Shown: positions 29,782 through 39,818, counted from the stretch's first letter. The stretch is DNA of 64,000 nucleotides from a bacterium (GCA_963675295.2 CAXXKJ010000002.1:1184001-1248000), one strand, 5' to 3'. Translations and numbers: made by a program. Notes: generated by a model not told the origin, from the letters alone.

Positions 29782-30053
29782 ACAAGGCTGATCTTGTCTC
29801 TCGCGTCGCTGCTGGTACGGGTCTCACTCAGGTTGAGGTGGCTGCGGTGGTCGAGGGAGTGTTGGAAGGCATTAGCACTGAATTGGTAAACGGCGGGCAT
29901 GTCGAAATCCGTGGTTTCGGCACCTTCAAGGTCGAGCAGCGCGCGGAACGCGATGCTATCAACCCACAGACAGGTCAGCGTATCCGAGTTCCGGCGAAAC
30001 TGGCTCCGGTCTTCCGTCCTTCCGAGAAGCTGAAGGCGCGCCTTAACAAGTAA
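29778..30053 (+). CDS. hup: HU/IHF-family nucleoid DNA-binding protein
   Basis: MNKADL...EIRGFGTF...INPQTG...PVFRPS; ATGA overlap with sppA. Confidence 0.9.
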   Translation: MNKADLVSRVAAGTGLTQVEVAAVVEGVLEGISTELVNGGHVEIRGFGTFKVEQRAERDAINPQTGQRIRVPAKLAPVFRPSEKLKARLNK

Positions 30054-30202
30054 GGTTTTTCGAGCAAAACCTCTACTGTTTGGAGAAGGTGAGGCACGAG
30101 CCCTTGTTGACCGTGCCTCATTCGCTTACCTTCCCTGCTCGACAATTGGAACCCGGGCATGGTCCCGGTGGACTATGCCAACGAGTTGCACCAGGAGAGC
30201 TT

Positions 30203-30295
30203 GTGCCTTCCGGACGCAAGAGAAAACTGCAGAAGATCCGCACTCATAAGCGGAAGAAGAGAAGAAAGCGCGACCGTCACAAGAAGAAGAAGTAG
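30203..30295 (+). CDS. 30-aa basic peptide, AURKAIP1/COX24 (bS22/mS38-like) ribosomal protein
   Basis: GTG start after AGGAG; MPSGRKRKLQKIRTHKRKKRRKRDRHKKKK; followed by a terminator. Confidence 0.8.
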   Translation: MPSGRKRKLQKIRTHKRKKRRKRDRHKKKK

Positions 30296-30322
30296 GTCGA
30301 ATCGCTGAAGTGTGTCGATTTC

Positions 30323-30355
30323 AACGAGCGGCCCGCGTATGGGCCGCTCGTTTTT
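30323..30355 (+). terminator. Rho-independent terminator
   Basis: AACGAGCGGCCC-loop-GGGCCGCTCGTT followed by TTT. Confidence 0.85.
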
Positions 30356-30422
30356 GAATCGGTACACCTCTGCTTCTTCGTGACTGGATTGTGTTTCCCC
30401 GCCGCTCAGGCAATCCGAGACG

Positions 30423-31676
30423 GTGCCGATGAACCAGGCCGACCACGTTTACGGGGTCAGTGACCTGACCCGGCAGATCAAGCAGACGCTGGAGTCCGCG
30501 TTTGGACCGATGTGGCTGCGTGCTGAACTGTCGGATGTCGTGTTGCACCGTAGCGGGCACATTTACCTGACCTTCAAGGATGCCGGCGCCACTCTGCGTG
30601 GCGTGATGTGGCGAACCTCTGCCGCCCGTCTCGAGTTTACCCCCGAGAGCGGGCTTGACGTGCTCGCCTACGGACGGATCACCGTTTACGAAAAAGGTGG
30701 CAGCTACCAGTTCAGCATCGAAGCGATGCAACCGGCTGGGATGGGTGCGCTCGCGCTCGAATTTGAACAGCTGAAGGCACGTTTGCTGGCGGAAGGCCTG
30801 TTCGAGGCGGAGCGCAAACGTCCGATCCCGAAGATGCCGGCGAAGATCGGCGTGCTCACCTCAGCCAGTGGCGCGGCGGTCCGCGATGTACTGGTCACCC
30901 TGGCACGGCGCGGCTTCGGCTTGACGGTTACCCTGTTGCCAGTGAAAGTACAAGGCGATGGCGCGGCGGAGGAAGTGGCGCGCGGTATCGCCACCTTCAA
31001 CGCGATGCCGGACGAAGAGCGACCGGACGTGCTCATCGTCGCCCGTGGCGGTGGGTCGCTGGAAGACCTGTGGGCGTTCAACGAAGAGGTGCTCGTCCGC
31101 GCGGTCGCCGGCAGTGAAATCCCGATCATCAGCGGCGTCGGGCATGAAACCGACACCACGCTGACCGATTTCGCGGCGGACTACCGCGCCCCGACACCGA
31201 CCGGCGCCGCCGAATCCGCCACCCCCGATCGCATGGACCTCAAGCACCGAGTTGATACCAGCGGGCACCGGCTGGTGCGCGCGATCCGCCAGGTGATGGA
31301 ACGCTACCAGCAGCGACTCGATCGTGCGGCGGGCGGGTATGGGCTGAGACGGTTCCCCGATCAACTCCGGCAATGGATGCAGCAGGTGGATGACGCCGAG
31401 TCCCGAGCTCGGAGAGCCATCGCCCAATTGCTGAAGGACCGCGAGACAAAGGTTGAGCGTCTCGGCGAACGGTTGAACGCGTTGTCGCCCCTCGGAGTGT
31501 TGGATCGCGGCTATGCCGTGGTACAGAGCGGAGATTGGGTCATTCAGAATTCCGCGGAGCTGATCGAAGGGCAGGAAATCTCGATCCGTTTTGCGCGCGG
31601 CGAGGCAGATGCACGGATTGAGAAGGTCAGAGCTGAGAAGAGCTCGAAATCCTCAAAAAGAGTGGCGAAGGGCTAA
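30423..31676 (+). CDS. xseA: Exodeoxyribonuclease VII large subunit
   Basis: SGHIYLTFKD, ARGGGSLEDLWAFNEE, GVGHETD, APTPT, PLGVLDRGY. Confidence 0.95.
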   Translation: MPMNQADHVYGVSDLTRQIKQTLESAFGPMWLRAELSDVVLHRSGHIYLTFKDAGATLRGVMWRTSAARLEFTPESGLDVLAYGRITVYEKGGSYQFSIEAMQPAGMGALALEFEQLKARLLAEGLFEAERKRPIPKMPAKIGVLTSASGAAVRDVLVTLARRGFGLTVTLLPVKVQGDGAAEEVARGIATFNAMPDEERPDVLIVARGGGSLEDLWAFNEEVLVRAVAGSEIPIISGVGHETDTTLTDFAADYRAPTPTGAAESATPDRMDLKHRVDTSGHRLVRAIRQVMERYQQRLDRAAGGYGLRRFPDQLRQWMQQVDDAESRARRAIAQLLKDRETKVERLGERLNALSPLGVLDRGYAVVQSGDWVIQNSAELIEGQEISIRFARGEADARIEKVRAEKSSKSSKRVAKG

Positions 31677-31743
31677 GTTTTATGACCATTTTCTCCTCGC
31701 TCAGTTTTAGAAGAATGTTCTGCACGTCTCGACAGGGAGAAGA

Positions 31744-31992
31744 GTGATGGCGCAGACTGGCGAAGTGTCCGCACAGCCTAAGTTTGAGCGCGAACTTGAA
31801 CGTCTTGAGTCCATCGTTTCGAAGTTGGAAGAAGGTGGGCTTCCTCTTGAAGAAAACCTGAAATTATTCGAAGAGGGCCAAAAAGCCCTGACCCGTTGCC
31901 GCACCACTCTCGAAGCGGCCCAGGTCAAGGTCGAGAAATTGCTTGCAGACGGCGAACGTCAGCTGATAGACCCCTCTTCCCTCGGTCGTTGA
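31744..31992 (+). CDS. xseB: Exodeoxyribonuclease VII small subunit
   Basis: FERELERLESIVSKLEEGGLPLEE...FEEG...L..A..KVEKL. Confidence 0.92.
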   Translation: MMAQTGEVSAQPKFERELERLESIVSKLEEGGLPLEENLKLFEEGQKALTRCRTTLEAAQVKVEKLLADGERQLIDPSSLGR

Positions 31993-32347
31993 TCCTCCAG
32001 CAGTAGCCTGTCAGAACTCCTCATTTTTCTTGTTTTGCCCTTCCGTGCAGCACTCCGTTTTCGCCGTAAAATACTAAATATAACAATAGTAAGTTACTTC
32101 TCATCACAAACTCGCGATATAGTGATAATAGTGTGTTTCAGCGTTTCGGCCACCTCAACAAGAAGTTCGGTCATTCAGGCGACCTCTGGCGCACTCCTCT
32201 GATGCGGTTTCTCGCCAGTTGTCGATAGCCAGCGACTTCTCAGCGTATGCTGGTGATTTTTGGGAAACGCTTGCTGGAGCGCTCTCAGACGCTGGATGAG
32301 CACAACATTTCGGCTGGCAATGCCTACATTCCAGCGACATCAACCAG

Positions 32348-33229
32348 GTGGATGCCCCCATGATTCTCGGTCTCGCCGGAAACCGTCACAAGGAAATGCT
32401 GCACGTCGTCCTGCCGGAATATTTGCGCTGGCTGGATGAACGTGGCGTGGACTGCGCGATTTCAGACGAGTTGCGCGAGATCGACAACCTCGGCCAGCGC
32501 ACGTTTTACCCGCCGGAAGAGTTGGGCAAGCATGTGGACATCGTGCTCAGCTTTGGCGGGGACGGCACGTTGCTCAACACGGTCAACCGGTTGGGCGGAT
32601 TGGAAACGCCGGTGCTTGGGGTGAATCTCGGCGGGTTGGGGTATCTCACCGAAGTCGGTTCGCAGGAACTGTTTCAGCGGACCGAACAGCTACTCGCGCG
32701 CAAGTGGTCAATCGAACGGCGGATGATTCTTGAGGTGATGGTTGACAGCGGCGATCACGGCGGCCCATGGCGTGCGCTGAACGATGTCGTCGTTGACAAA
32801 TCGGATTATGGCCGGCTGATCAAGATCCGCAGCAGCATTGATGAGGAGTATCTCAACACGTTCCGCGCGGACGGCCTGATCCTCGCCACGCCCACCGGTT
32901 CCACCGGCTACAGCTTGTCGGCGGGCGGTCCATTGCTTGAGCCGAACATGGCCGGGCTGATCCTGACGCCGTTGAATCCGCATTCGTTGAGCAACCGGCC
33001 GCTGGTGATCAAGGACGACAAGACGGTTCGCATCGAGGCGCATTCGCCGGCGGGGTATTATTCGTTGACGGTTGACGGGCAGAATGTGGCGCGTGTCGGC
33101 AGCGGACGCAGCGTGTCGGTCCGGCGTGCGGACAACGACGCCTGCCTGGTCAACTTCGCGGGACGGTATTTTTACGAGGTCCTGCGGCAGAAGTTGGGCT
33201 GGGGCGACATCACGGTCAACGGGCGGTAG
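32348..33229 (+). CDS. nadK: NAD(+) kinase
   Basis: GGDGT, NLGGLGYL, ALND, DGLILATPTGSTGYSLSAGGP, KLGW. Confidence 0.95.
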   Translation: MDAPMILGLAGNRHKEMLHVVLPEYLRWLDERGVDCAISDELREIDNLGQRTFYPPEELGKHVDIVLSFGGDGTLLNTVNRLGGLETPVLGVNLGGLGYLTEVGSQELFQRTEQLLARKWSIERRMILEVMVDSGDHGGPWRALNDVVVDKSDYGRLIKIRSSIDEEYLNTFRADGLILATPTGSTGYSLSAGGPLLEPNMAGLILTPLNPHSLSNRPLVIKDDKTVRIEAHSPAGYYSLTVDGQNVARVGSGRSVSVRRADNDACLVNFAGRYFYEVLRQKLGWGDITVNGR

Positions 33230-33244
33230 ACTCTCACCTTCCAG

Positions 33245-35242
33245 CTATCTCATCAGCACAACCTTGTAGACCTTATCGAACTGGCCCGGGACGGTCGCAC
33301 GGACGAAGTACAATCCGCTTGTCAGGTGGGTCGCGTCGAAGGTGAAGGTGTGTTCACCGGCAGGCAGTACGCCATCTGCGAGGGTTGCCACCTGCTGGCC
33401 GAGGGTGTTGTACACCACAACTTGTGCCCTACCTGCTGTCGGAAGTACGACTGCTACCGTCGTGATACCATTAAACGGATTAGGGTGAGCGCGGAGATCT
33501 GGTTCGACGATTCCGGTTGACGCTTCGTCGTAAGCTGTCGCCTGATCTGGACCATCCGTGGATGATAGCAGATCAGTCCCGTTCAAGCCGAAGAAGTCCC
33601 AAACGCCTTGGGGAACAGGCCAAACAAAATCATCAGCGGTTCCGGTCCCACCAGAAGCACTGGAATTCCCCGCCTGATCACTCTTGGTGAACGTAAACGA
33701 TCCCAGCCCCATGTCACGGTTACCGCTGGGGCCACCAGGTGGAACAGGTGAGGAATCTCCAATATGAATCTCGTAAGTGTACTCCCCCGGTGGTGCGGTG
33801 GCAGGAATGTCGAGCGGGACAGTGGGCCGGTAGAATGTTCCGCCAGGTTGCAGTGTCACCGTGATTTGCTGTAGCGGGAACCTGTTTCCGGCGGGCGTGG
33901 TGACAGTCGCCCAAACGTCCAGCGGGGTTGGATCGAGGAGGATGTTGCTGACAGCTGCAGCGAAATGAAGTGTCATTCCCTGGGGTGGAATGATCGTCAC
34001 CTCAGGTTCAAGCTGGATTTCTATCTCTGGCTCCCACTTCATCAACGCGAGGTCTTGCGAATCGTGTTCGCCCGGTAGATACGGATACCAGGATGCGACA
34101 ATCGAACCGTCACGGCCCTGATCGGTACAGGATATTTCACCTTCGGTCTGATCGTACAGCCAGTTGATCTCACCATCGGAGGATATCTTCATCAGCCAAA
34201 GATGATATCCGTTTTCAGAACTTTGACTCATTCCACCTGCGACGACATTTCCGTCGGCGAGAATTGTAATGTGATCGACTTTTTCAAAACTCAGGTAGCC
34301 AGCTTCAGGGTTGTTTACAAGATTTGACCAAATGATTGACCCGTCTGGATTTCGTTTCGAGACGTAAAAATCGTAATACGTCGAATCGTTCGGTGCTCGC
34401 ACTGCTCCTCCCGCATACAGGTATCCATCGTGGTCCTCACGGACGCAGAATGCTCTTGCTTCGAGGGGAAGATCCGGCAACGCTTCATCGTTCATCCAAA
34501 GGGTGCTACCTGTAGCGCTTACCTTGTAAAGCGTAAAAACCCGCGTCTGCGCATCTTGATTGAAATGTTCCGTTGGGATGACAAATCCGCCATCAGCTGT
34601 GGGTTCCACCCATTCTGGGGAATACAGTGGATTGGGATGCAGCCATTCCCAGAGGACATTGCCTGAGGCGTCAAACCGGACGATTTTCGAATGGCCGACA
34701 TACCCAACTGCGATGTATCCCCCTGCTGGGACTTCCCGCACGGCATAGAAGAGATCACCGATGGAACCACTGTCGAACACACGAGCCCATTCCTGTTCGC
34801 CATTGGCGTCAAGCTTGCGAATGAAGGCGTCGAACCCGACCCCCGTATGGTATGACCAGGTTTCACCACACTGGATGAATCCGCCATCGCTGGTTGGCTC
34901 GATATAGTGCCCCGCGTCGGTTGATGTTCCACCTTCGATGTTCAACCAGATTTCATAGCCTTCCTGATCCAGACGGGCGGTCCAGACCTGGTAAACAGTC
35001 GACATGTAGCGAGTAAAACCGGTGGCAATATATCCACCTGACGGAATTGCGCGGATGGCGTCCATGTACTCCCTGTTAGAACCATAATGCCACGTTCGAG
35101 TCCACAGGGGGTCGGGAGGTTGGGCGTAGGCGGAGGACGCGATCAGCAGGGGGAGGATGATCAGGAAGAGGACCATAGGGAAACGGGTCAAACGGTCGAA
35201 CGTCAGGAGACGGTGTGTACGGATCGGGAACTGGCGTGTCAT
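33245..35242 (-). CDS. Secreted beta-propeller-repeat protein with T9SS type-A/FlgD-like C-terminal domain (paralog of 5914-7713)
   Basis: AQPPDPLW, PTSDGGF repeats, an IPP..TL.F...NIL..PT.LD.W domain shared with the 5914 protein, HPNPFN...SGLYFV...KVVLMR; start uncertain. Confidence 0.8.
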   Translation of the reverse strand: MTRQFPIRTHRLLTFDRLTRFPMVLFLIILPLLIASSAYAQPPDPLWTRTWHYGSNREYMDAIRAIPSGGYIATGFTRYMSTVYQVWTARLDQEGYEIWLNIEGGTSTDAGHYIEPTSDGGFIQCGETWSYHTGVGFDAFIRKLDANGEQEWARVFDSGSIGDLFYAVREVPAGGYIAVGYVGHSKIVRFDASGNVLWEWLHPNPLYSPEWVEPTADGGFVIPTEHFNQDAQTRVFTLYKVSATGSTLWMNDEALPDLPLEARAFCVREDHDGYLYAGGAVRAPNDSTYYDFYVSKRNPDGSIIWSNLVNNPEAGYLSFEKVDHITILADGNVVAGGMSQSSENGYHLWLMKISSDGEINWLYDQTEGEISCTDQGRDGSIVASWYPYLPGEHDSQDLALMKWEPEIEIQLEPEVTIIPPQGMTLHFAAAVSNILLDPTPLDVWATVTTPAGNRFPLQQITVTLQPGGTFYRPTVPLDIPATAPPGEYTYEIHIGDSSPVPPGGPSGNRDMGLGSFTFTKSDQAGNSSASGGTGTADDFVWPVPQGVWDFFGLNGTDLLSSTDGPDQATAYDEASTGIVEPDLRAHPNPFNGITTVAVVLPTAGRAQVVVYNTLGQQVATLADGVLPAGEHTFTFDATHLTSGLYFVRATVPGQFDKVYKVVLMR

Positions 35243-35297
35243 TGGGCGCCTCGATGGATTTGTGAGATATGGCAATATACGACGGGCGAGAGTGCGT

Positions 35298-35353
35298 TGG
35301 TGACCGTGATTGTCTGTCACGTCGGTTCGTGACGGCTATCGCGGCTCATCCGA
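35298..35353 (+). repeat. REP-like hairpin, family D
   Basis: TGGTGACCGTGATTGTCTGTCAC...GTGACGGCTATCGCGGCTCATCCGA, close to 50975-51030. Confidence 0.75.
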
Positions 35354-35504
35354 GAGTCGATTAACGTTGATGCCCGCGGAAGGTTTCCTGCCGTGGATTG
35401 ATGGAGGGTAGAAATATTGGGGCAGACGAAGTTATCGAGTGAAAAAGTAACAGACAAATCGCATCGGTCCCTATTTTCATGTCCCCGTCTTCTCAGATAC
35501 CAAG

Positions 35505-36947
35505 TCAGCGGATCAGGATCAGTTTCCTTACCGACCGTTGCGTTCCATTTAGTTCGGCGCTGACGAAGTACACGCCGCTTGCGAGGCTGCTGGCGTCGAT
35601 GAAGTACTGATGCCGTCCGGCGTTCACGTGTCCATTGATCAGGCGCATGGTTTCCCGTCCGAGCAGGTCATAGACGATCACCTTGAGGTGCGCGCGTCCG
35701 GTGAGGTCGATGGTGACGGTCGAGCTGGCGTTGAACGGGTTCGGGTGTGTGCCGAGGGTCAGCGTTTGTGCCACTGGAATGGTGCGATGAGTGTCGCTGA
35801 CCGGCCGGATAGTGCCCCGGAAGAAATCCCACAGCTCAGCATCTCCGCCGGAGGTGGTGCCGGCGACGTGCAGCGTCTGACGGGGCTGATCCCAGGCGAG
35901 CGCGGTGATGGTGTCCCAGCCGTTGGAGCGGTTCCGCAGCTGGTGCAGCAACTCGCCATCGCGGGTTACGTGCAGCACGATCGCGTCATTGCGACTGAAG
36001 GTTTCGCCGCCGAGGAAGATGTCGCCGCGTTCGGTCACCGCGATGGCGTTGATGAACGACGGGTCAGCGTCCTCGATGATGGTCAATGGGCCCGGGTTGC
36101 CGAGCGTGTCGACGGTGACGACGAATGGACGCGGGTGTTCCAGCGACGAGTCGGCGGTGATGTAGGTGTAGCCGGTGACGACGAAGCCGGTGTCCAATGT
36201 TGCGGCGGCGGTGCCGATGGTCGCCAGTTCGGTGCTGATCGACTGGAAGTTGAGCTGCTGGCCCTGGTTGTCGACGAGGATCATCATCAGGTCGGCGCTG
36301 GACGGTTCGTCGACGTGCGTGTAGCCGGTCAGCAGCAGGTTGCCGTTCGGTGCCTGGGCGGCTCCGGTGCAGAGATCGTCCTCGGGGTTGCCGTACAGTT
36401 CGCCCCACAGTTGCTCACCGCTTTCCGAGAAACGGGAGACGAAGGCGTCCGCATAGCCGAACGGTTGCGGGCGGGAGTGCCCAACGACGAGATAGCCGTC
36501 CTCATCCTCGAAAATGCCGGTGCCGAGATCATCCCCGTTCAGACCGAACTCGACGGTCGACAGCAACGCACCGCTCGGAGCGAGGCGCATGATGAAGCCG
36601 CGCGTGTTGCCGTCCGCAGATGAGAAACTGGCGCCGGTGATGAGGAAGTCGCCGCTGCTGGTCTGGATCGCGGCGGTGGAATTGTCGCTGATGAAGTTGT
36701 TCAGGGAACTGGTCCACAGCGTCTCGCCGGACGGCGTGATCCGTTCGGCGTACACATTCGGCCAGCCGGCGACGATATCGGACGAGGTGTTGCCGATCAG
36801 GAGGAAACCGTTGTCCAGCGGTACGATGCCGGTGAACGTGTCGTACTGATCGCCACCGTACCGTTCGAGCTGATAGTCCAGCTCGGCGAACTGCGCAGTG
36901 GTGCAGACCGGGAGCAGGAAAAGCAGGATGTAGAGCAGGCGTTTCAT
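35505..36947 (-). CDS. Secreted beta-propeller-repeat protein with T9SS type-A/FlgD-like C-terminal domain
   Basis: Signal peptide, YGG..D repeats, HPNPFNA...LASGVYFV...RKLILIR. Confidence 0.8.
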   Translation of the reverse strand: MKRLLYILLFLLPVCTTAQFAELDYQLERYGGDQYDTFTGIVPLDNGFLLIGNTSSDIVAGWPNVYAERITPSGETLWTSSLNNFISDNSTAAIQTSSGDFLITGASFSSADGNTRGFIMRLAPSGALLSTVEFGLNGDDLGTGIFEDEDGYLVVGHSRPQPFGYADAFVSRFSESGEQLWGELYGNPEDDLCTGAAQAPNGNLLLTGYTHVDEPSSADLMMILVDNQGQQLNFQSISTELATIGTAAATLDTGFVVTGYTYITADSSLEHPRPFVVTVDTLGNPGPLTIIEDADPSFINAIAVTERGDIFLGGETFSRNDAIVLHVTRDGELLHQLRNRSNGWDTITALAWDQPRQTLHVAGTTSGGDAELWDFFRGTIRPVSDTHRTIPVAQTLTLGTHPNPFNASSTVTIDLTGRAHLKVIVYDLLGRETMRLINGHVNAGRHQYFIDASSLASGVYFVSAELNGTQRSVRKLILIR

Positions 36948-36962
36948 CGTTTCAGTCCATTC

Positions 36963-38342
36963 CTACGGTTCGACATTGACGTCGGGGATCCACGTCAACA
37001 GATCGTTGATCACGTCCTGGTAGGCCGGATCGTCGATCAGGTTGGTGTGTTCGCGCGGATCATTGATGTTGTCGTACAGCTCCATCTGCTGGTTATTGTA
37101 GTAGATCAGACGATATTGATCGTCCTTGATCGCGTGCACTTCGTAGCGCGGCGTGATGATCGCGGGCCGGTTTAACGGCAGGCTCGGATCTTCGAGCTGC
37201 GGACGGATGCTTTGCCCTTCGCAATCCTCGTGGACCGGCATGTCGCAGAGATCGTTGAGCGTCGGGTAGATGTCAAGCACCTCGGTGGCATGGTTGTTAA
37301 CCGCCCCGGACGGCGTGATCCACGGTACCCGCCAGATCAGCGGCACGTGCGAATCTTCCCGCCACGCGCAGTGCTTGCCCCAGTTGTATTTCTCGCCGAG
37401 GTGCAGCGCGTGGTCGCTGGTGAAGACGACGATCGTGTCGTCCGCATGGCCGCTGTCTTCCAGCTCGTTCATCAGCCGTCCGACCTGGTAGTCGACGGCG
37501 GCGATGGTCGCGAGGTAGGCCTGCACCGCTTTGCGCCACTGCTGATGCAATTTGACTTCCCGGAACCAGTACTGCTGCATCATGTAGTTCTGCGGATAGG
37601 GCGGGATATCGTCCAGCTCATCCTCGGGCACATCCGGCAGCTCAATCGAATCGAGCGGGTACTTTTCCGCGAACTCACGCGGGACATACCACGGGTCATG
37701 CGTGCCCTTGTAGCCAACGGCGAGGAAGAACGGTTCCGACGCACCGACATGCAGCTTTTCCGCCGCCCAGTTGGTGAATTTGTGGTCGCGGGTGACGCGC
37801 ACCGGCATATCCACCACACCCCAGTCGAGCCGGGGGAAATACGTCGGACGGATGCTGGCCTTGTTCGCCGGGAAGTTTGGCGGACGCACCTGCGAATCCA
37901 TCATCAACTCATCTTCCCACACCGCGAATTCCTTTGGGTGATGGAATTTTCCGGTGCGGTAAACGTGATAGCCGGCGTTCTGAAACGTCCACGGCATCAT
38001 GATGTTTTCGCTGACCCGGTCCCGCCAGATGCCGGCGTTGTCATAAATCCCGAGGCTGGACGGGCGCATTCCGCTGAACATGCTGGCGCGTGATGGCACG
38101 CAGATCGTGCAGTTGACGTGCGCGTTGCTGAACAGGACGCCGCTGTCCGCGAGAGCGTCGATGTTCGGTGACTCGCCCTGCGGATGGCCACCTAGACAGC
38201 TGATCCAGTCGTTGAGGTCATCGAAGACGATGAACAGCACGTTGGGAACATCAGGCTGGGGCTGTGCGATGATGGCAGGTGCGCCGATCGCCATGGCGGC
38301 CGCTGCCGCGCCGGTTCGCTGGATGAATTCGCGCCGGATCAT
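36963..38342 (-). CDS. Tat-exported formylglycine-type sulfatase
   Basis: RREF twin-arginine signal, PNVLFIVFDDL, CVPSRAS (CxPxR), GKFH, SDH, LGEK. Confidence 0.9.
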   Translation of the reverse strand: MIRREFIQRTGAAAAAMAIGAPAIIAQPQPDVPNVLFIVFDDLNDWISCLGGHPQGESPNIDALADSGVLFSNAHVNCTICVPSRASMFSGMRPSSLGIYDNAGIWRDRVSENIMMPWTFQNAGYHVYRTGKFHHPKEFAVWEDELMMDSQVRPPNFPANKASIRPTYFPRLDWGVVDMPVRVTRDHKFTNWAAEKLHVGASEPFFLAVGYKGTHDPWYVPREFAEKYPLDSIELPDVPEDELDDIPPYPQNYMMQQYWFREVKLHQQWRKAVQAYLATIAAVDYQVGRLMNELEDSGHADDTIVVFTSDHALHLGEKYNWGKHCAWREDSHVPLIWRVPWITPSGAVNNHATEVLDIYPTLNDLCDMPVHEDCEGQSIRPQLEDPSLPLNRPAIITPRYEVHAIKDDQYRLIYYNNQQMELYDNINDPREHTNLIDDPAYQDVINDLLTWIPDVNVEP

Positions 38343-38534
38343 ACGGGCATCTCATTGTTCGTGAACAGGGGGAATCTCGTGCCGGGTGCCGCATCACCCG
38401 GAAAAGCTAGCTGTACGGTGGGATAGATACAATTCCAAGTCGAAGATTTGTACGAAACCGAAAAACTCCGGAAAACTGCGCAACCCGGATATTTCACAAC
38501 AACTTATGAAGTGAGGATAGATCGCAAACGTGCG

Positions 38535-38566
38535 AAAACGCCCCGATCCTGTCCGAACCGGGGCGT
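38535..38566 (-). terminator. Probable terminator of the MBL-TPR gene
   Basis: ACGCCCCG/CGGGGCGT stem with a T-tract on the minus strand. Confidence 0.55.
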
Positions 38567-38585
38567 CAGATGGCTGGTAAATGAG

Positions 38586-39818
38586 TCAGCGGATGCGTTC
38601 GAGCACCGTCTTCGCATTCTGGTACTCGGGGTCAACCTCGAGCGCCTTCTCGTAATACTCAATCGCTTTTGTGGTGTCGGCGACGAGCAGCAGCATCTCG
38701 CCGTAACTGTCGTACACATTGGCCGATTCCGGGAACATCTCGATGTTCAATTCCAGCACCGCCAACGCTTCGTCCAGACGGTCGCGGTAGCTGAGCTCGT
38801 AGCCGAGCTGGTTCAGGTGGGCTTCACGGAAATCGTAGTCGTCCGGCGCGGTTTCCTTCAGCTCATGGTACTGCGCGATCATCGCGTCAATGCCGTCCGC
38901 TTCCAGGGTGGACGTCAACGGCTCGGTGATCGGCTTCGGTCCCGAGGATTCCCTCACCGGGTGATGGTGGTTGTACACCTGCTGCGCCCAGAATTCGTGT
39001 TTGATGAACACGGACTGCATGTCATCCCAGTTCGCCAGCCGGCCGCTTTCCGCGATTTCCGTCGCGGTCAGCCCTTCATCGAATGCCGCATCAACAATGG
39101 CGACGTTTTCGCGCAGGCTGTGGACGTATGCACGAATTTCGGCGGCGGTATGGTCCTGCCCGTGTGCCAGCGAGAAGGTGACATCCGGAAACTCGTTGGC
39201 CAGCCAGTCCATCCGGGCGAATAGCTTGTCTAGGTCGCCAACCCGCGCGTCGGCGTACGGGTACTCATGCCCGATTACGCTGCTGCCGACGTACAGCACG
39301 TTTGAATCGACGAAATAGACTAGCATTTCATCGTCGGAATGAGCAGGCTTGAGCGGGATGAATTTGATCAGTTCGCCATTGATGCGCATGTTCACCGGCT
39401 TGATCATCTCCACCGTCGGGCCCTCGAAGATGCGGCGGTCGGCGAGGTTGAAGTAGCTGGAAGCAAAGCAGTTGTCGCGGCCGATGATGGTCGCGTCCTC
39501 GCTCAATAGATCCAACCCGCCGATGTGGTCGGTGTGGCTGTGGGACAGGGCGATGAATCGGATCGGTTTGTCGGTAATCTCACGGATCGCGTCCCGCAAT
39601 TCACTGGCGGTGAACTGAAATCCGGTGTCGACGAGGAACGCGCCGTCCTCACCGACAGACAGCAGAACATTGAAGTGATAGCTGCTCTCGACATGGATCT
39701 GATACAGGTGGTCGTTGAGCTGTCGCGTTTCGACAACGGGTTGCGCTTGCGTCAGGCAGGGGAGAACGTATACGAATCCGGCCAGCAGCAGGGGGATAAG
39801 GCGGGTTACGCCACGCAT
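38586..39818 (-). CDS. Exported metallo-beta-lactamase-fold hydrolase with C-terminal TPR
   Basis: Signal peptide, LVDTG, HSHTDHIGG, AHG; LNQLGY...NVYDSYGE...YEKALEVDP TPR. Confidence 0.85.
   Translation of the reverse strand: MRGVTRLIPLLLAGFVYVLPCLTQAQPVVETRQLNDHLYQIHVESSYHFNVLLSVGEDGAFLVDTGFQFTASELRDAIREITDKPIRFIALSHSHTDHIGGLDLLSEDATIIGRDNCFASSYFNLADRRIFEGPTVEMIKPVNMRINGELIKFIPLKPAHSDDEMLVYFVDSNVLYVGSSVIGHEYPYADARVGDLDKLFARMDWLANEFPDVTFSLAHGQDHTAAEIRAYVHSLRENVAIVDAAFDEGLTATEIAESGRLANWDDMQSVFIKHEFWAQQVYNHHHPVRESSGPKPITEPLTSTLEADGIDAMIAQYHELKETAPDDYDFREAHLNQLGYELSYRDRLDEALAVLELNIEMFPESANVYDSYGEMLLLVADTTKAIEYYEKALEVDPEYQNAKTVLERIR

Noticed and set aside
31993-32347. Possible ncRNA or gene remnant between xseB and nadK
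   Set aside because: AT-rich promoter-like stretch with no recognisable RNA family, ORF or repeat; insufficient support
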